Below are positions 27,945 to 38,042 of a stretch of DNA of 64,000 bases, piece by piece. Each line of letters starts with the position of its first letter. Positions within the stretch are counted from its first letter, which is position 1. The stretch comes from Methanosuratincolales archaeon (GTDB taxonomy: Archaea; Thermoproteota; Methanomethylicia; Methanomethylicales; Methanomethylicaceae), in assembly GCA_014361445.1 (NCBI GenBank), contig JACIVQ010000001.1:10174-74173 (forward strand). Reading direction: 5' to 3'. Under the pieces are notes generated by a model. That model did no database searches. It was not told the DNA's origin and worked only from the letters and a program-made list of their open reading frames with translations. The position numbers were made by a program, and so were the translations under genes.

Positions 27945-28223
27945 GTGGAGATAATAGGGGTAAAGAAGGTGAAAGGGGGAAAACTCCTCAAGGTTCTGGT
28001 TATTGAGGAAGGAGGCGTTATAAAGGAGGCAAAAATCTCCGGAGATTTCTTTGTTCATCCAGAAGAGGCTATTGACGAGATTGAGGCGTGCTTAAAAGGG
28101 GCAGATATGAGCAGAGTGAGGGAAGTTTTGAGGGATTTCGCCAAGAGGAGGACGGTCAGGACTGTCGGCTTTACTCTTGATGATATCACAGAGGTCATCG
28201 AGGGGCGGGGCAAATTTGCTTAG
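27945..28223 (+). CDS. lipoate-protein ligase C-terminal domain protein (LplA-C/LplB)
   Basis: ~92 aa. The size and position after LplA-N are as in Thermoplasma. A GGAGG lies 6 nt upstream of the GTG start. Confidence 0.55.
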   Translation: MEIIGVKKVKGGKLLKVLVIEEGGVIKEAKISGDFFVHPEEAIDEIEACLKGADMSRVREVLRDFAKRRTVRTVGFTLDDITEVIEGRGKFA

Positions 28224-29085
28224 TTACAGACCAAAGCCCGCCGTGTACAGCGTTTCAATTACCGGTCACAGGTGTGATCTGGGGTGCCAACACTGCAGAG
28301 GGAAGTATCTGAAAGGCATGGAGGCGGTGGAAGATCCGGACGGCCTCATTAGAACCTTCCTGAAAGCAAAGGAAAAGGGTGCAAAGAACATCTTGATTAG
28401 TGGGGGGTTTGACAGACTGGGAAGACTCCCGGTCATGGATTTTCTAGGCGCCATAAGTCAAGGCAAAAGTATGACTGGATTGGTTGTAGAGATCCACTCA
28501 GGGTTGAACAGGGAGTTAGGCAGATTGAGGGACGCTGGCGTGGATGCCCTACTCCTGGATGTTGTAGGAGAGCAGGAGACTATTGAGAGGTACATCGGAG
28601 GGCAATGGTGTGCTGAAGAGTATGCGGAAGTCTTGCGTGAGGCAAAGAGGTTCATCCCTTTAGTGGCAGCGCACATCCTAGTGGGGGTAGACAGAGGAGA
28701 GATAAGGGGGGAGTTCAAGGCGGTAGATATGGTGGCAGAGGCCAAGGCTGATGCCCTCTCCATATTGACGCCTATGGACGCAAGGTCGCCCGAGCTCGAC
28801 GAAATTGCCAAGGTAATGGAATATGCTAGGGAGAGGTTCGGAGATCACCTGACTTTGGGGTGTATGCGGACTAGGGGAAAAGATCGACCGGAGATAGAGA
28901 GGCTCGCGGTAGATTTGGGTTTCGACGGTATAGCAAATCCGCTCCGCAGGACACTGAGGTACGCAGAGTCCACTGGAGTCAAGGTGATTGAGGTTGAGGG
29001 TTGCTGCGTCTTCACTCAAGATAGAATTCCCATGAACACCAAAGGTCTTCCGGGTGCTCGTCAGGCGGACACAAAAGGCACCTGA
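28177..29085 (+). CDS. radical SAM protein, second LipS-like partner
   Basis: CDLGCQHC (Cx3Cx2C) with extra cysteines (LGCM, VEGCCVF). The start is uncertain (28177 ATG, 28216 TTG or 28243 GTG). Confidence 0.5.
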   Translation: MMISQRSSRGGANLLSYRPKPAVYSVSITGHRCDLGCQHCRGKYLKGMEAVEDPDGLIRTFLKAKEKGAKNILISGGFDRLGRLPVMDFLGAISQGKSMTGLVVEIHSGLNRELGRLRDAGVDALLLDVVGEQETIERYIGGQWCAEEYAEVLREAKRFIPLVAAHILVGVDRGEIRGEFKAVDMVAEAKADALSILTPMDARSPELDEIAKVMEYARERFGDHLTLGCMRTRGKDRPEIERLAVDLGFDGIANPLRRTLRYAESTGVKVIEVEGCCVFTQDRIPMNTKGLPGARQADTKGT

Positions 29086-29518
29086 CCTTAAACTTTGGGT
29101 TGATAACCTTAGCAAAGGCTGAGAGATGGGCTAGACCGACGGGCTTGCATGGGAATAGACCTCTGCCGCTCTTCAGCCTTGCGGTCTGCGGCCTGCAGTT
29201 CCTGATGTTCAGTACTACTCTGTCACCTATGGTTTCTACCGAGACGGCAGAAACGGGTGCGATTGATGTGAAGTGAAGTGCCCTTGCGAGATCCTCCAGA
29301 GTGCCGTCGCTTATCTTCAGAAATTTCTTGATCCGCCTCGCCTCAGAGACGCCAAACTGCTCCCAAGCCTCCCTATCGATCTCCACAGCTACACTCTGCC
29401 CGTACCTGTTTTCTATGGAGAGGAACCAGTAACCGTCCAGTGTGAGGAGGTTCTTGGACATCACCTCAACCAGATCCAACAACTGCTCCCTGGTTAGCGA
29501 CTCTAGAACTTTGTTCAT
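29012..29518 (-). CDS. hypothetical protein (168 aa)
   Basis: ORF with protein-like composition. Its 3' end overlaps the convergent radical SAM gene by 74 bp. Confidence 0.35.
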   Translation of the reverse strand: MNKVLESLTREQLLDLVEVMSKNLLTLDGYWFLSIENRYGQSVAVEIDREAWEQFGVSEARRIKKFLKISDGTLEDLARALHFTSIAPVSAVSVETIGDRVVLNIRNCRPQTARLKSGRGLFPCKPVGLAHLSAFAKVINPKFKVRCLLCPPDEHPEDLWCSWEFYLE

Positions 29519-29570
29519 AATTTAAGATCGGTTTTAGTGCTATAATACGATTACTTCAAGAGTTTCCCGT

Positions 29571-30353
29571 TCACAAAGATCCGACTCGCCAGAGGAGGTC
29601 AATATAATCGTATATGACCTTGGCCAAGGATCTGTCCGATATGTATACCGCCAGATTCTTCCTCTTCTCAGGGGGTTGATCCAAGCCCACAACTAAGTGA
29701 AAGATGACCTCCCCCTTATCTGAGAGTATGACATTGAAGGGTATCACGTTCGTGCCAATCTTTATCATCACGTTTTCCGAAGATAGGTGTTTAAGGGCAT
29801 TAAATGCATCTTGGCTCGCTAGAATTTTTACATACTTAGATTTCTTTTGATCAAGGTTAGAAAGAATTTCCAGAAGCCCAGAGTATATGTTCATGTCTAG
29901 GTTGCCCATAACTATGCAGAGCTCCTTCTTAAAGGACTGCACTAATGTCCGGATGCGGTTAGTTATGCCGGCCAAGGATCTGACGAACCATATCTCGGAG
30001 CCCTCCACGGAGCGGGCATCGTAAATTGATTGAAGATCGTTCAGAAAGACCTCCTCTATCCTGCTCAGGCGGTTTTGTTGTTCCATCCTTATGACGTTTA
30101 TCACCTCCGACGGCGGCTTTGCCTTGAACCTCATGGGACGGCCTTGCCCCATCTCGACCCACCCTTTCAGCTCAAGAGCCTCCAAGACGTCGTATACGCG
30201 CGTGTGTGGCACCCCAGAAGATTCGCTGATCTCTTTGGCGCTGGATGGACCGTCTAGTACGAGCTTAAGATAAACGAGTGCCTCATAGTCGGTCAGACCA
30301 GCCTCCTTCAGACGCTCAAAGGCGCTCATTGACTTTAAAGCCCTTGCAGACAT
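29571..30353 (-). CDS. TrmB-family transcriptional regulator (third copy)
   Basis: LKEAGLTDYEALVYLKLVLDGPSSAKEISESSGVPHTRVYDVLEALELKGWVE wHTH plus a C-terminal domain. Confidence 0.6.
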   Translation of the reverse strand: MSARALKSMSAFERLKEAGLTDYEALVYLKLVLDGPSSAKEISESSGVPHTRVYDVLEALELKGWVEMGQGRPMRFKAKPPSEVINVIRMEQQNRLSRIEEVFLNDLQSIYDARSVEGSEIWFVRSLAGITNRIRTLVQSFKKELCIVMGNLDMNIYSGLLEILSNLDQKKSKYVKILASQDAFNALKHLSSENVMIKIGTNVIPFNVILSDKGEVIFHLVVGLDQPPEKRKNLAVYISDRSLAKVIYDYIDLLWRVGSL

Positions 30354-30401
30354 CTCCTGACCCTTATTAACTACTAATAGTGAATAAAATTAATATTTGT
30401 T

Positions 30402-31373
30402 TTGGCAGATGTAAGACTTATGGAATATGCCATCGAGATCTCAGGGCTCACAAAGAAGTTCGGGGATTTCGTAGCGGTGGACAACCTTGATCTCAGGGTG
30501 AGGGTGGGAGAGATCTTCGGTTTTCTTGGACCAAACGGGGCAGGCAAGACAACGACAATTAGGATGATGTGCGGTTTGATGAGGCAGAGCAAGGGAACTA
30601 TAAGGATCTACGGGTACAGCATCCCTGAAGAGAGGAGTGAACTGATCAAGATCACGGGTTACATGGCACAGAGGTTCAGCCTTTACGAGGACCTGAGTGT
30701 TTATGAGAATATGGAGTTCTTCGGCAAACTCTACGGGCTCAACGGAGAAGGCTTACATAAGAGGATACGCGAACTCTTGGAGTTCCTGGATTTGGAGGAT
30801 GTCAAGGACAGGCTTGCTGGGAGGCTCAGCGGCGGTATGAAGCAGCGGCTGGCTTTGGGCGTAGCGCTCATACACAGACCGAAGTTGTTGGTTTTGGATG
30901 AGCCAACGGCAGGGGTTGACCCCCCAATAAGGAGGGCTTTCTGGGAGTACCTCAGGGGGCTGAATAAGGAAGGGACTACGATACTGGTGACCACCCATTA
31001 CATGGATGAGGCGGAGAACTGCGACAGGATAGGTCTGATGAACAAAGGGAGGCTCATAGCAGAGGGCACCCCCAAGGAGCTCAAGAGGAGGATTTTCGGA
31101 GGAGACCTTGTTGAGGTTGTCTTACAGGGGCGCATTCAGGGAGACGTGATTAAAGGTTTCTTGAATGTGGGGGATTTGAAGTACAAAGATGGCGAGACTG
31201 TCTTGAGGCTCGTCCTGAAGGACGCGTCGAAAGAGCTCCCATCCCTGCTGAAGAGACTCGACAGCATGGGATTAAAGGTACAATCGGCAGAGCCCATCAA
31301 CGTCACTCTCGAGGAGGTCTTCATCGAGCTTGTGACCAAGTCCGAGGCAAGGGTTCGAGGTGAGGCATATTAG
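30402..31373 (+). CDS. ABC transporter ATP-binding protein (ABC-2 type)
   Basis: Walker A GPNGAGKTT, LSGGMKQR signature and Walker B LLVLDEPT. Confidence 0.9.
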   Translation: MADVRLMEYAIEISGLTKKFGDFVAVDNLDLRVRVGEIFGFLGPNGAGKTTTIRMMCGLMRQSKGTIRIYGYSIPEERSELIKITGYMAQRFSLYEDLSVYENMEFFGKLYGLNGEGLHKRIRELLEFLDLEDVKDRLAGRLSGGMKQRLALGVALIHRPKLLVLDEPTAGVDPPIRRAFWEYLRGLNKEGTTILVTTHYMDEAENCDRIGLMNKGRLIAEGTPKELKRRIFGGDLVEVVLQGRIQGDVIKGFLNVGDLKYKDGETVLRLVLKDASKELPSLLKRLDSMGLKVQSAEPINVTLEEVFIELVTKSEARVRGEAY

Positions 31374-32466
31374 GATTACAGCTGTCGTAATCAAGGAGCT
31401 TATCCAGCTGAAAAGAGATCCTAGGTCACTTGTCATGATAGCGATGATTCCGTTGATCGTCATGTTGCTGTTCGGTGTGGGATACGGCGGTGGGACTGGA
31501 AAGATCAGTATAGCAGTCGTGAACCTCGACAAAGGAAGCCTTAGCTGGACGGTGCTCGACTCGATAATGAAGACCCCCAGCGTCTACGTCAAGGCTTATG
31601 CCAACAGCATTGAGGAGGGGAGGGAGCTCGTGAAGGACGGCACGGTCTCAGCAACGGTCGTCATACCAGAAGGGTTTACTGAAGAGCTGATGAAGGGCGC
31701 GTCAACCCAAGTTTTGGTTATAGTAGATGAGAGCATAACGACCATCTCAAGCACCATAAGGAACGCGATGCTGGCGGTGACGTACAAATTCCAGCAGGAG
31801 CTCGTCAGGAGCGTTGGGGGATCTTCTGTGGAGCTTATTTATAGCTCCGTTTATGGTCCTAAGGTCACCAACCTTGAGGCTTTCACACCCCTTGTCATTG
31901 GCATCGTACTTCAGCTCGTTCCGACGAGCCTGATCTCCATAGCAATCTGCAAAGAGAAGGAGCGGGGAACATTCGAGCAGTTGATAATGTCTCCAATAAG
32001 CAGGTATGACATAATATTCGGGAAGCTACTCGCATTTTTCATCGCCACTATAGCGGACATGCTCATCACGTTGATGGTTGCTGTTTGGATCTTTGACGTA
32101 TCCGTGAGGGGCCCATTGATAGATGCGATGGTGGTTTCTACCCTCTTTCTACTTGGATCGTTAGGGCTAGGGATGCTGATATCGGTCCTATCCAGGAACC
32201 AGCTTCAAGCCAACCAAGCCGCGATATTCATATTCATACCAGCTCTGCTATTCAGTGGTGCCCTTATGCCCATTGACATGCTCTCTCCCAGTGCGAGGAT
32301 ACTGGCAAACCTTACCCCCATGTACTATTTTGTTTCGGCCTTTAGGGATATTATGATAAAGGGGTTTGGGTTGTGGCAGATAACCTGGGAGGTGTTTGCA
32401 CTGTCAGTTTACATGGTATTGATGATGGTGACCGCCCCGTTAGTGCTGAGGTTGAGGGTTGATTGA
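31360..32466 (+). CDS. ABC-2 family transporter permease
   Basis: 368 aa. One N-terminal TM, an extracytoplasmic loop, then a 5-TM C-terminal ABC-2 pattern. Confidence 0.8.
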   Translation: MRHIRITAVVIKELIQLKRDPRSLVMIAMIPLIVMLLFGVGYGGGTGKISIAVVNLDKGSLSWTVLDSIMKTPSVYVKAYANSIEEGRELVKDGTVSATVVIPEGFTEELMKGASTQVLVIVDESITTISSTIRNAMLAVTYKFQQELVRSVGGSSVELIYSSVYGPKVTNLEAFTPLVIGIVLQLVPTSLISIAICKEKERGTFEQLIMSPISRYDIIFGKLLAFFIATIADMLITLMVAVWIFDVSVRGPLIDAMVVSTLFLLGSLGLGMLISVLSRNQLQANQAAIFIFIPALLFSGALMPIDMLSPSARILANLTPMYYFVSAFRDIMIKGFGLWQITWEVFALSVYMVLMMVTAPLVLRLRVD

Positions 32467-34709
32467 TCATGGTTGTTTCAAGGAGGAATTCAGGAATGTT
32501 TCGATTTGGATGTGCTGGAATGGTTATTTTAATTTCATTGGTAATTCTAAGCTCAACATCATCGGGCGTCTTTTGCGCTGAGACAAACTTCAAGGTAGAG
32601 GATGTGAGTTGGAGGGCATTGAATATTGGTGTTGGAAATAGTACTTGTATTGTGCAGCTCAGGTATTACGGGGATAGCCCGTGTTCTAACGTGGATGGAA
32701 CCCTTGATGTCTCTCAGTTGAGCGAGAGCTACACCAGGGTATCAGACAAATATTCAGGGACTGTAGAGAATGGGGGTGCAGTTTATTTGGAGTTTGTTTT
32801 CGATGTTTCTTCTTCGTCTAAGGCAGGGTGGTACAAAGCCCCATTGACAGTAAATTACATGGTGGATGGCAGGGTCCTTTGGGAGAGCTTCGATTTGGTG
32901 TTGACGGTCAATGGGAACCCCGATCTCTCATGCGCTACCGGTGGAGAGAGGATTCTGAGAGGGTACATCAACGAGATTCCCATTATAATTAGGAATGATG
33001 GTGACGGGGTTGCTAGGAGGGTCAGGGTCACTGTGCAAAGCCAAGACGTTTATTTGACGATAATCGGTCCGAATGAATTCAGTGCAGACTTCCTTATGCC
33101 GAATGAAGAATGGGTCGTAGTAGTGAAGGCCTTCGCACAGCTGAGTATCCGCGATGGGAGCAGCATTGCACTCAATGTTAGATATGAAGACCAGGAAAAT
33201 GTGGGATATACGAAGACTACGACCATCGGTCTCAAAGTGGAAGATCCTGATAAGCCAAGCATGGTTGTAAGCGCAAACACCACGAAGATAAGCCCAGGTG
33301 TTACGAACGGCGTACTCCTTTCAATCTTAAATAGCGGAGGCAAGGAAGCGATGGATTTAACGATCAAGTTGACCCCCGCCTCAAATCAGCTGACCTTGGT
33401 TGGCAATAACACCTTTTCATTTCCAAATCTGGGTGCAGGAGAGGCATTGGATCTTCCGATATCACTGTACCTGGAGCCACAGACCTATGGAAGTCTTCCT
33501 CTCTATGTGACGATCAATTACAAAGACGATAGGAACGGCACGTACCAAGACTCGCTATCAATCGGTTTCCTAAGCGAGGAAGAGCCAGAGCCCAAGGTGG
33601 AGGTGATGGCGAAGAGGCTACAGCTCCAGCCAAACGCCATAAATTCCGTCACCATAATACTTGAGAACAGAGGGGAGAAGGCAGCGAAAGACCTCAGGAT
33701 CAATCTCTTCTCGCAGACCCCAGAGGTCGCAGTGGTGGTGGGAACTGGAGTAGAACATAGAGACTTTCTGGGGCCGAATGAGACTTGGGAGGTACAAAAG
33801 GAGATCTTCGTGCAGCCGAATGTCTATGGCGCGGTGCCACTTTATGTGCAGGTCCAGTATCAGGACGAGTTGAATAACAGGTACTCATTCACCTCGACCA
33901 TCGGTTTTGAAGTTAAGGGGACGCCATCCCTGGCAATATCCTCAGTCATATATAGCCCATCCCCAGTCTTCGCAGGGAACAGAGCGGTCAGGGCAAATTG
34001 CGTTGTGGTCAACCATGGCAATTACACGGCGCAGGACGTTAGTGTAACACTTGGAGAAATTGGCGGGGTTGTGAAGCCGTCTTATCCCGGGTCAGACCGT
34101 GTAAAGATACCGTTCTTAACCGTCGGAGGGAGTGTGAGCGTCCAATTTCTGCTTGATATTGATGAGAATGCAAAGCCAGGATACTACGAGATACCTGTAA
34201 GGATATCAACGAGTACCGAAAACATCTCGACTGTGATTCCGCTCACCCTATCGGAGAAGGCAAAGATTCTTGTCGACAAGATATATTTCGATAGGGAAGT
34301 CACTCCAGGAGCGAGGAATGTAAAGCTATTCGTCGAGATGCTGAACGTTGGTAATGTCACAGCTGAGGAGGTTAGAGTTTCCGTGATATCTGGATACATC
34401 ACCGGATCCACCACACAGCTCCTGGGTAACATGGCAAGCGGGACTAGGAGAGTGGTCGTCATGGAGGTTGATGTGGACAACAAGGTAAGCCCAGGCGAGT
34501 TTCCTGTAGACGTGGAGGTCTCTTGGAGCCAAGATGGGAGAAGCATGTCTGAGACCTCAACCAAGAGTCTGACAATTGGCGAGCCTGGGAAGGTCGAGAT
34601 CTGGGCTGTAGTAGGAGTTCTAGCGGTTCTGGTAGCAATTGTATTCATTTTCAGGAAGAAGGTAAAGGAGGTCAGCAAGTCATTTTTGTATAAGCTGAGA
34701 GGACGGTGA
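32463..34709 (+). CDS. large cell-surface protein with signal peptide, repeated CARDB/NEW3-like beta-sandwich domains and C-terminal TM anchor (COG1470-like)
   Basis: 748 aa. N-terminal hydrophobic segment, internal repeats (..NSGGKEAMDLTIKL.. / ..NRGEKAAKDLRINL.. / ..NVGNVTAEEVRVSV..), and a C-terminal IWAVVGVLAVLVAIVFIF + KK anchor. Its start is translationally coupled to the ABC-2 permease. Confidence 0.6.
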   Translation: MIMVVSRRNSGMFRFGCAGMVILISLVILSSTSSGVFCAETNFKVEDVSWRALNIGVGNSTCIVQLRYYGDSPCSNVDGTLDVSQLSESYTRVSDKYSGTVENGGAVYLEFVFDVSSSSKAGWYKAPLTVNYMVDGRVLWESFDLVLTVNGNPDLSCATGGERILRGYINEIPIIIRNDGDGVARRVRVTVQSQDVYLTIIGPNEFSADFLMPNEEWVVVVKAFAQLSIRDGSSIALNVRYEDQENVGYTKTTTIGLKVEDPDKPSMVVSANTTKISPGVTNGVLLSILNSGGKEAMDLTIKLTPASNQLTLVGNNTFSFPNLGAGEALDLPISLYLEPQTYGSLPLYVTINYKDDRNGTYQDSLSIGFLSEEEPEPKVEVMAKRLQLQPNAINSVTIILENRGEKAAKDLRINLFSQTPEVAVVVGTGVEHRDFLGPNETWEVQKEIFVQPNVYGAVPLYVQVQYQDELNNRYSFTSTIGFEVKGTPSLAISSVIYSPSPVFAGNRAVRANCVVVNHGNYTAQDVSVTLGEIGGVVKPSYPGSDRVKIPFLTVGGSVSVQFLLDIDENAKPGYYEIPVRISTSTENISTVIPLTLSEKAKILVDKIYFDREVTPGARNVKLFVEMLNVGNVTAEEVRVSVISGYITGSTTQLLGNMASGTRRVVVMEVDVDNKVSPGEFPVDVEVSWSQDGRSMSETSTKSLTIGEPGKVEIWAVVGVLAVLVAIVFIFRKKVKEVSKSFLYKLRGR

Positions 34710-34766
34710 ATGAAGAAAAAGGATGAGGAAAAAGAATGAAAAACAAAAAATAAAAATAAAAAAAGA

Positions 34767-35507
34767 TTATTGAATGTAGAAAGTTATCGAGACGCTTGCA
34801 GAGACGCTCACCGCGCCTGGCAGAATTGTTGTAGAGGATGCTTGTGCTAAATCGTAACTGCGGTATATCGGAACCGGAGACGAGTAAGACTCTGAGACGC
34901 TTTGTACGCCAACAACCTTTACGCCCAAGGTCTTTGCGATGGTATTAGCCTTTGCCTGGGCATCTTTTACAGCCGTTTCCAGAGCAAGAGTCCTCAGGGC
35001 TGCCAGTTTTGTGTCAGAGACTGCGAAGTAGACCCCATTAACCTGATTCAGACCGCTCTCGACACAGGCATCGATTATTTTTCCTGCCATATTTCCAAGA
35101 TCTGGACCGCTGTATGTCACCTGGAGAGTGTGTATGACCCTGTATCCGATGAGGACTTGCTCGTTATTTATGTATCTGTACTCAGGATTTATGGTGTAGC
35201 TAAGCGTCTGGATTGAAGACTCGGGTATACCCAAGCCTTTCAGTGCGCTCAGTGCACGATTTATGTTATTGGCTGCGGTTGCTGTAGCCTTTTGGACTTC
35301 AGGATCTAGGACGCTGGTCCCCAGAATCAGTTTCACAGTATCTGGCTGTTCGTAGAGCACCGCGTTGCCAACCACGGAGAGAGTACTAGAAGTCCCATCA
35401 AGATCTGCCGCCTGAACCTGTTGTGGAGAGTAGAGCGCGGTTCCCAGTACAAGCAGTGTCAAAGCGACGCCTAGAAATGCCAAATATTTAAATTTCATGT
35501 TGACCAC
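34767..35507 (-). CDS. SIMPL-domain (DUF541) secreted protein
   Basis: Signal peptide plus the SIMPL family pattern (LSYTINPEYRY...GYRV...). 246 aa. Confidence 0.65.
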   Translation of the reverse strand: MVNMKFKYLAFLGVALTLLVLGTALYSPQQVQAADLDGTSSTLSVVGNAVLYEQPDTVKLILGTSVLDPEVQKATATAANNINRALSALKGLGIPESSIQTLSYTINPEYRYINNEQVLIGYRVIHTLQVTYSGPDLGNMAGKIIDACVESGLNQVNGVYFAVSDTKLAALRTLALETAVKDAQAKANTIAKTLGVKVVGVQSVSESYSSPVPIYRSYDLAQASSTTILPGAVSVSASVSITFYIQ

Positions 35508-35553
35508 GTGATTAACAAGGAAGATCAGGGCTTATATTCCTAGTAGATGTTCT

Positions 35554-35576
35554 ATTTGTTAGAACGAAAGATCTAA
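35554..35576. repeat. 23-bp sequence atttgttagaacgaaagatctaa (copy 1 of a perfect direct repeat; contains inverted half-sites ttaga-N8-tctaa)
   Basis: Identical 23-mer at 53377-53399. Confidence 0.8.
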
Positions 35577-35730
35577 TACGTGTTCTATTACGCACTTTTT
35601 TAGCACCCGTCCCATACAGGTCACTGTTGAGAGAGGGGCGTCTGCCGATAAAAGCCTTTGCGCCCTCAAGGGATTCAGGGGACTCAAGGAACTCAGGGAG
35701 CGAATAATAGAGGTAAGTAAAAAGCATCTG

Positions 35731-36003
35731 TTGTTCGGCAGCCCATTGAGGTACTTCATCATTGCGTATGTAGCCTCTAAAAAAGAGGTCACATGGTCTC
35801 AATTGAAGGGGGCTATTGAGTTGTGGGCGGGACCGGTCAACCCAAATACGCTGAGCTTCCACCTCGGCGAGCTTATGGAAGGGGGCTTCATAGTCAAAAT
35901 AGAGATCGAGGGCCAGCCTAGGTACAGGGTCGCCGAGGGGAGCCTTAAGGGAGTGGAGGGGCTCCTCGATAAAGAGATCATTAAGGAAATGGAGGCTCTT
36001 TGA
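35731..36003 (+). CDS. small winged-helix transcriptional regulator
   Basis: 90 aa. wHTH-like ...LSFHLGELMEGGFIVKIEIEGQPRYRV.... Preferred over the overlapping minus-strand ORF. Confidence 0.45.
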   Translation: MFGSPLRYFIIAYVASKKEVTWSQLKGAIELWAGPVNPNTLSFHLGELMEGGFIVKIEIEGQPRYRVAEGSLKGVEGLLDKEIIKEMEAL

Positions 36004-36085
36004 GTATCTACTGGTTCATACACCAGCAAACCCCGTCATTAAAGCAGGAAGCCCACGGGCCTATAGTTTTGGCTTCTCTCAACAT

Positions 36086-36589
36086 TTAGAGATCTAAAGG
36101 ATAAACATCTTCGATCCTCTGGGAGAACGGTTTCTTCTTATGAATCATAATCTCCTTTGTTCTTATCAGGGGGTGAGTATAGTCTACCTCTGGGCGACTC
36201 ATTATTATCTCGTCGGCCAACCTCTCTAAGCTGTAGACGTCTTTCTCTTCGATTACTACGACCATATGATGGAATCCTGTACAGAGCCAGACGCTCTCGA
36301 CTTGCGGGTGTTTTAATAACTCCTCGGCCAACCTCTCTCTCGTCCCTGGCGGTACTCCTGCTTTAAGGTTGAAAGCTATATCTGAGACTTGCCTGCCAAG
36401 TTTGTAGTAGTTTATATTACATGTTGGGTCTATGATCTTCTCATCAATTAACCTATTTACTCTCGCTGCTACGGCTGGGACGCTCAGCCCAAGTCTATTG
36501 GAGATTTCACTATAGGGCGTCCTCGCATTGGCAATCAAAATTCTTATTATTTCTTTATCTATTTTGTCAACTAAGCTCTTTCTGCCCAT
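36086..36589 (-). CDS. lrp: Lrp/AsnC-family transcriptional regulator
   Basis: N-terminal HTH (IDKEIIRILIANARTPYSEISNRLGLSVPAVAARVNRL) plus a C-terminal RAM domain. Confidence 0.85.
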   Translation of the reverse strand: MGRKSLVDKIDKEIIRILIANARTPYSEISNRLGLSVPAVAARVNRLIDEKIIDPTCNINYYKLGRQVSDIAFNLKAGVPPGTRERLAEELLKHPQVESVWLCTGFHHMVVVIEEKDVYSLERLADEIIMSRPEVDYTHPLIRTKEIMIHKKKPFSQRIEDVYPLDL

Positions 36590-36671
36590 GCCCTATATAA
36601 TTCTCTCTCTACCTTAATAAGTTTAAGCGAAATGATTTATATAAACAAAAAAGGGGAAAAAAATAAGGTTG

Positions 36672-37943
36672 TTATAGGTAGCGGTTAAAGGGTTTTTCCT
36701 TTCCATCCCTTACAATTTTTATTTTTGCTGGTTCAGTTTTTATTATCACCCTTCCAGATTTGACTACGAGTAGCCTAGGCGCCATGGTCCTTATCGCTTC
36801 AAGTTCACTGAAAGCATCCATCACCACTAGATCCGCATCTTTCCCTTCTTCCACCCCGTACCTCTCGGATATACCTAAGGCTCTGGCCGGATTGTATGTT
36901 ATCAGGTTCAAACTATCTAAGAGTTCCCTGTAACCTGTCAATTGCCCAACATGTACGCCCATAAATAGAGCATGAAGCATATCGCCATTTCCCAGAGGAT
37001 ACCATGGGTCCATTATGCAGTCGTGCCCTAATGCGACATTGATGCCGTGTTGCAATAGCTCCTTAATTCGGGTTAAACCCCTCCTTTTCGGATAAGTATC
37101 AAACCTCCCTTGGAGGTGAATGTTTATCAGCGGATTTGCTACGATCGTTATATCTGCTTTTTTTAACAAACCAAAGAGCTTGAAGGCATATGCATTATTG
37201 TAGGAGTGCATGGCTGTGGTGTGCCCTGCGGTCACTTTCCCTTGATATCCCTCTCGAATAGTTTGGGCGGCGACGACCTCAAGAAACCTTGACTGCTCAT
37301 CGTCCGTTTCGTCAACATGACCATCGACTTTCTTTCCGTATTTTTTGGCAAGCTTGAATGCCAGCTCAACTGATCTCACGCCGTCTTCTCTTGTATATTC
37401 TATATGGGGTATTATTCCTACATTGTCAGCGCCTAACTCTAAAGCCCTTTCTAACAATTCTTGGTTGCCTGGATCTGTGAGGATGCCGTCCTGTGGGAAT
37501 GCCGTGACCTCTAGATCGATTATATCAGCACACTCTTTCTTAAGTTCTAATAATCCCTTGAGGGTTGAGAGGGTTGGCTCCGTCACGTCTGCATGAGTCC
37601 TAACCCTTGTAGTCCCATTGGAGGCTATAAGCTCAAGAGCCCTCATGGCTCTAGCCTTCATCTCGTCAATATTCAGTTTTTTCTTATACTCCCCCCAGAT
37701 GGCTATGCCTTCCAGAAGCGTTCCACTCTCATTGTATCTTGGAGTACCAAGTGTTAGTACAGAATCGAGATGTATGTGCATGTCTGTGAATGTTGGAAGA
37801 ACCAACCTACCCCCAGCATCAAACTCTTCATTCCCCCTTTCTTTGATCTCTTTTTTAATTGTTGTAATTTTGCCTTCGCTGACGCCTATGTCGACGGTTC
37901 CGTCCTTCCCCATCAGTTTTGCTCTCCTAATAATAAGGTCCAT
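36672..37943 (-). CDS. codA: cytosine deaminase (amidohydrolase)
   Basis: Near-collinear with E. coli CodA: HIHLD, RTHVDV, GHVDE.DDEQSRF, HTTAMHSYN, VANPLINIHLQGRFDTYPKRRG and GHDCIMDPWYPLG. Confidence 0.9.
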   Translation of the reverse strand: MDLIIRRAKLMGKDGTVDIGVSEGKITTIKKEIKERGNEEFDAGGRLVLPTFTDMHIHLDSVLTLGTPRYNESGTLLEGIAIWGEYKKKLNIDEMKARAMRALELIASNGTTRVRTHADVTEPTLSTLKGLLELKKECADIIDLEVTAFPQDGILTDPGNQELLERALELGADNVGIIPHIEYTREDGVRSVELAFKLAKKYGKKVDGHVDETDDEQSRFLEVVAAQTIREGYQGKVTAGHTTAMHSYNNAYAFKLFGLLKKADITIVANPLINIHLQGRFDTYPKRRGLTRIKELLQHGINVALGHDCIMDPWYPLGNGDMLHALFMGVHVGQLTGYRELLDSLNLITYNPARALGISERYGVEEGKDADLVVMDAFSELEAIRTMAPRLLVVKSGRVIIKTEPAKIKIVRDGKEKPFNRYL

Positions 37944-38042
37944 TTACTCACCTCTTCCTATATATTTTAAATAAACTATCATATAACCTTTAATTTTTTA
38001 GGCAACATATATATATTTCTTTTATTATTTAAGTAGAATTAG

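Noticed and set aside
33050-34678. Several 60-160 aa minus-strand ORFs
   Set aside because: Antisense within the large surface-protein gene.
35512-35862. 116-aa minus-strand ORF
   Set aside because: Composition is less protein-like than the overlapping plus-strand wHTH ORF. It would also run through the 23-bp repeat and promoter region.
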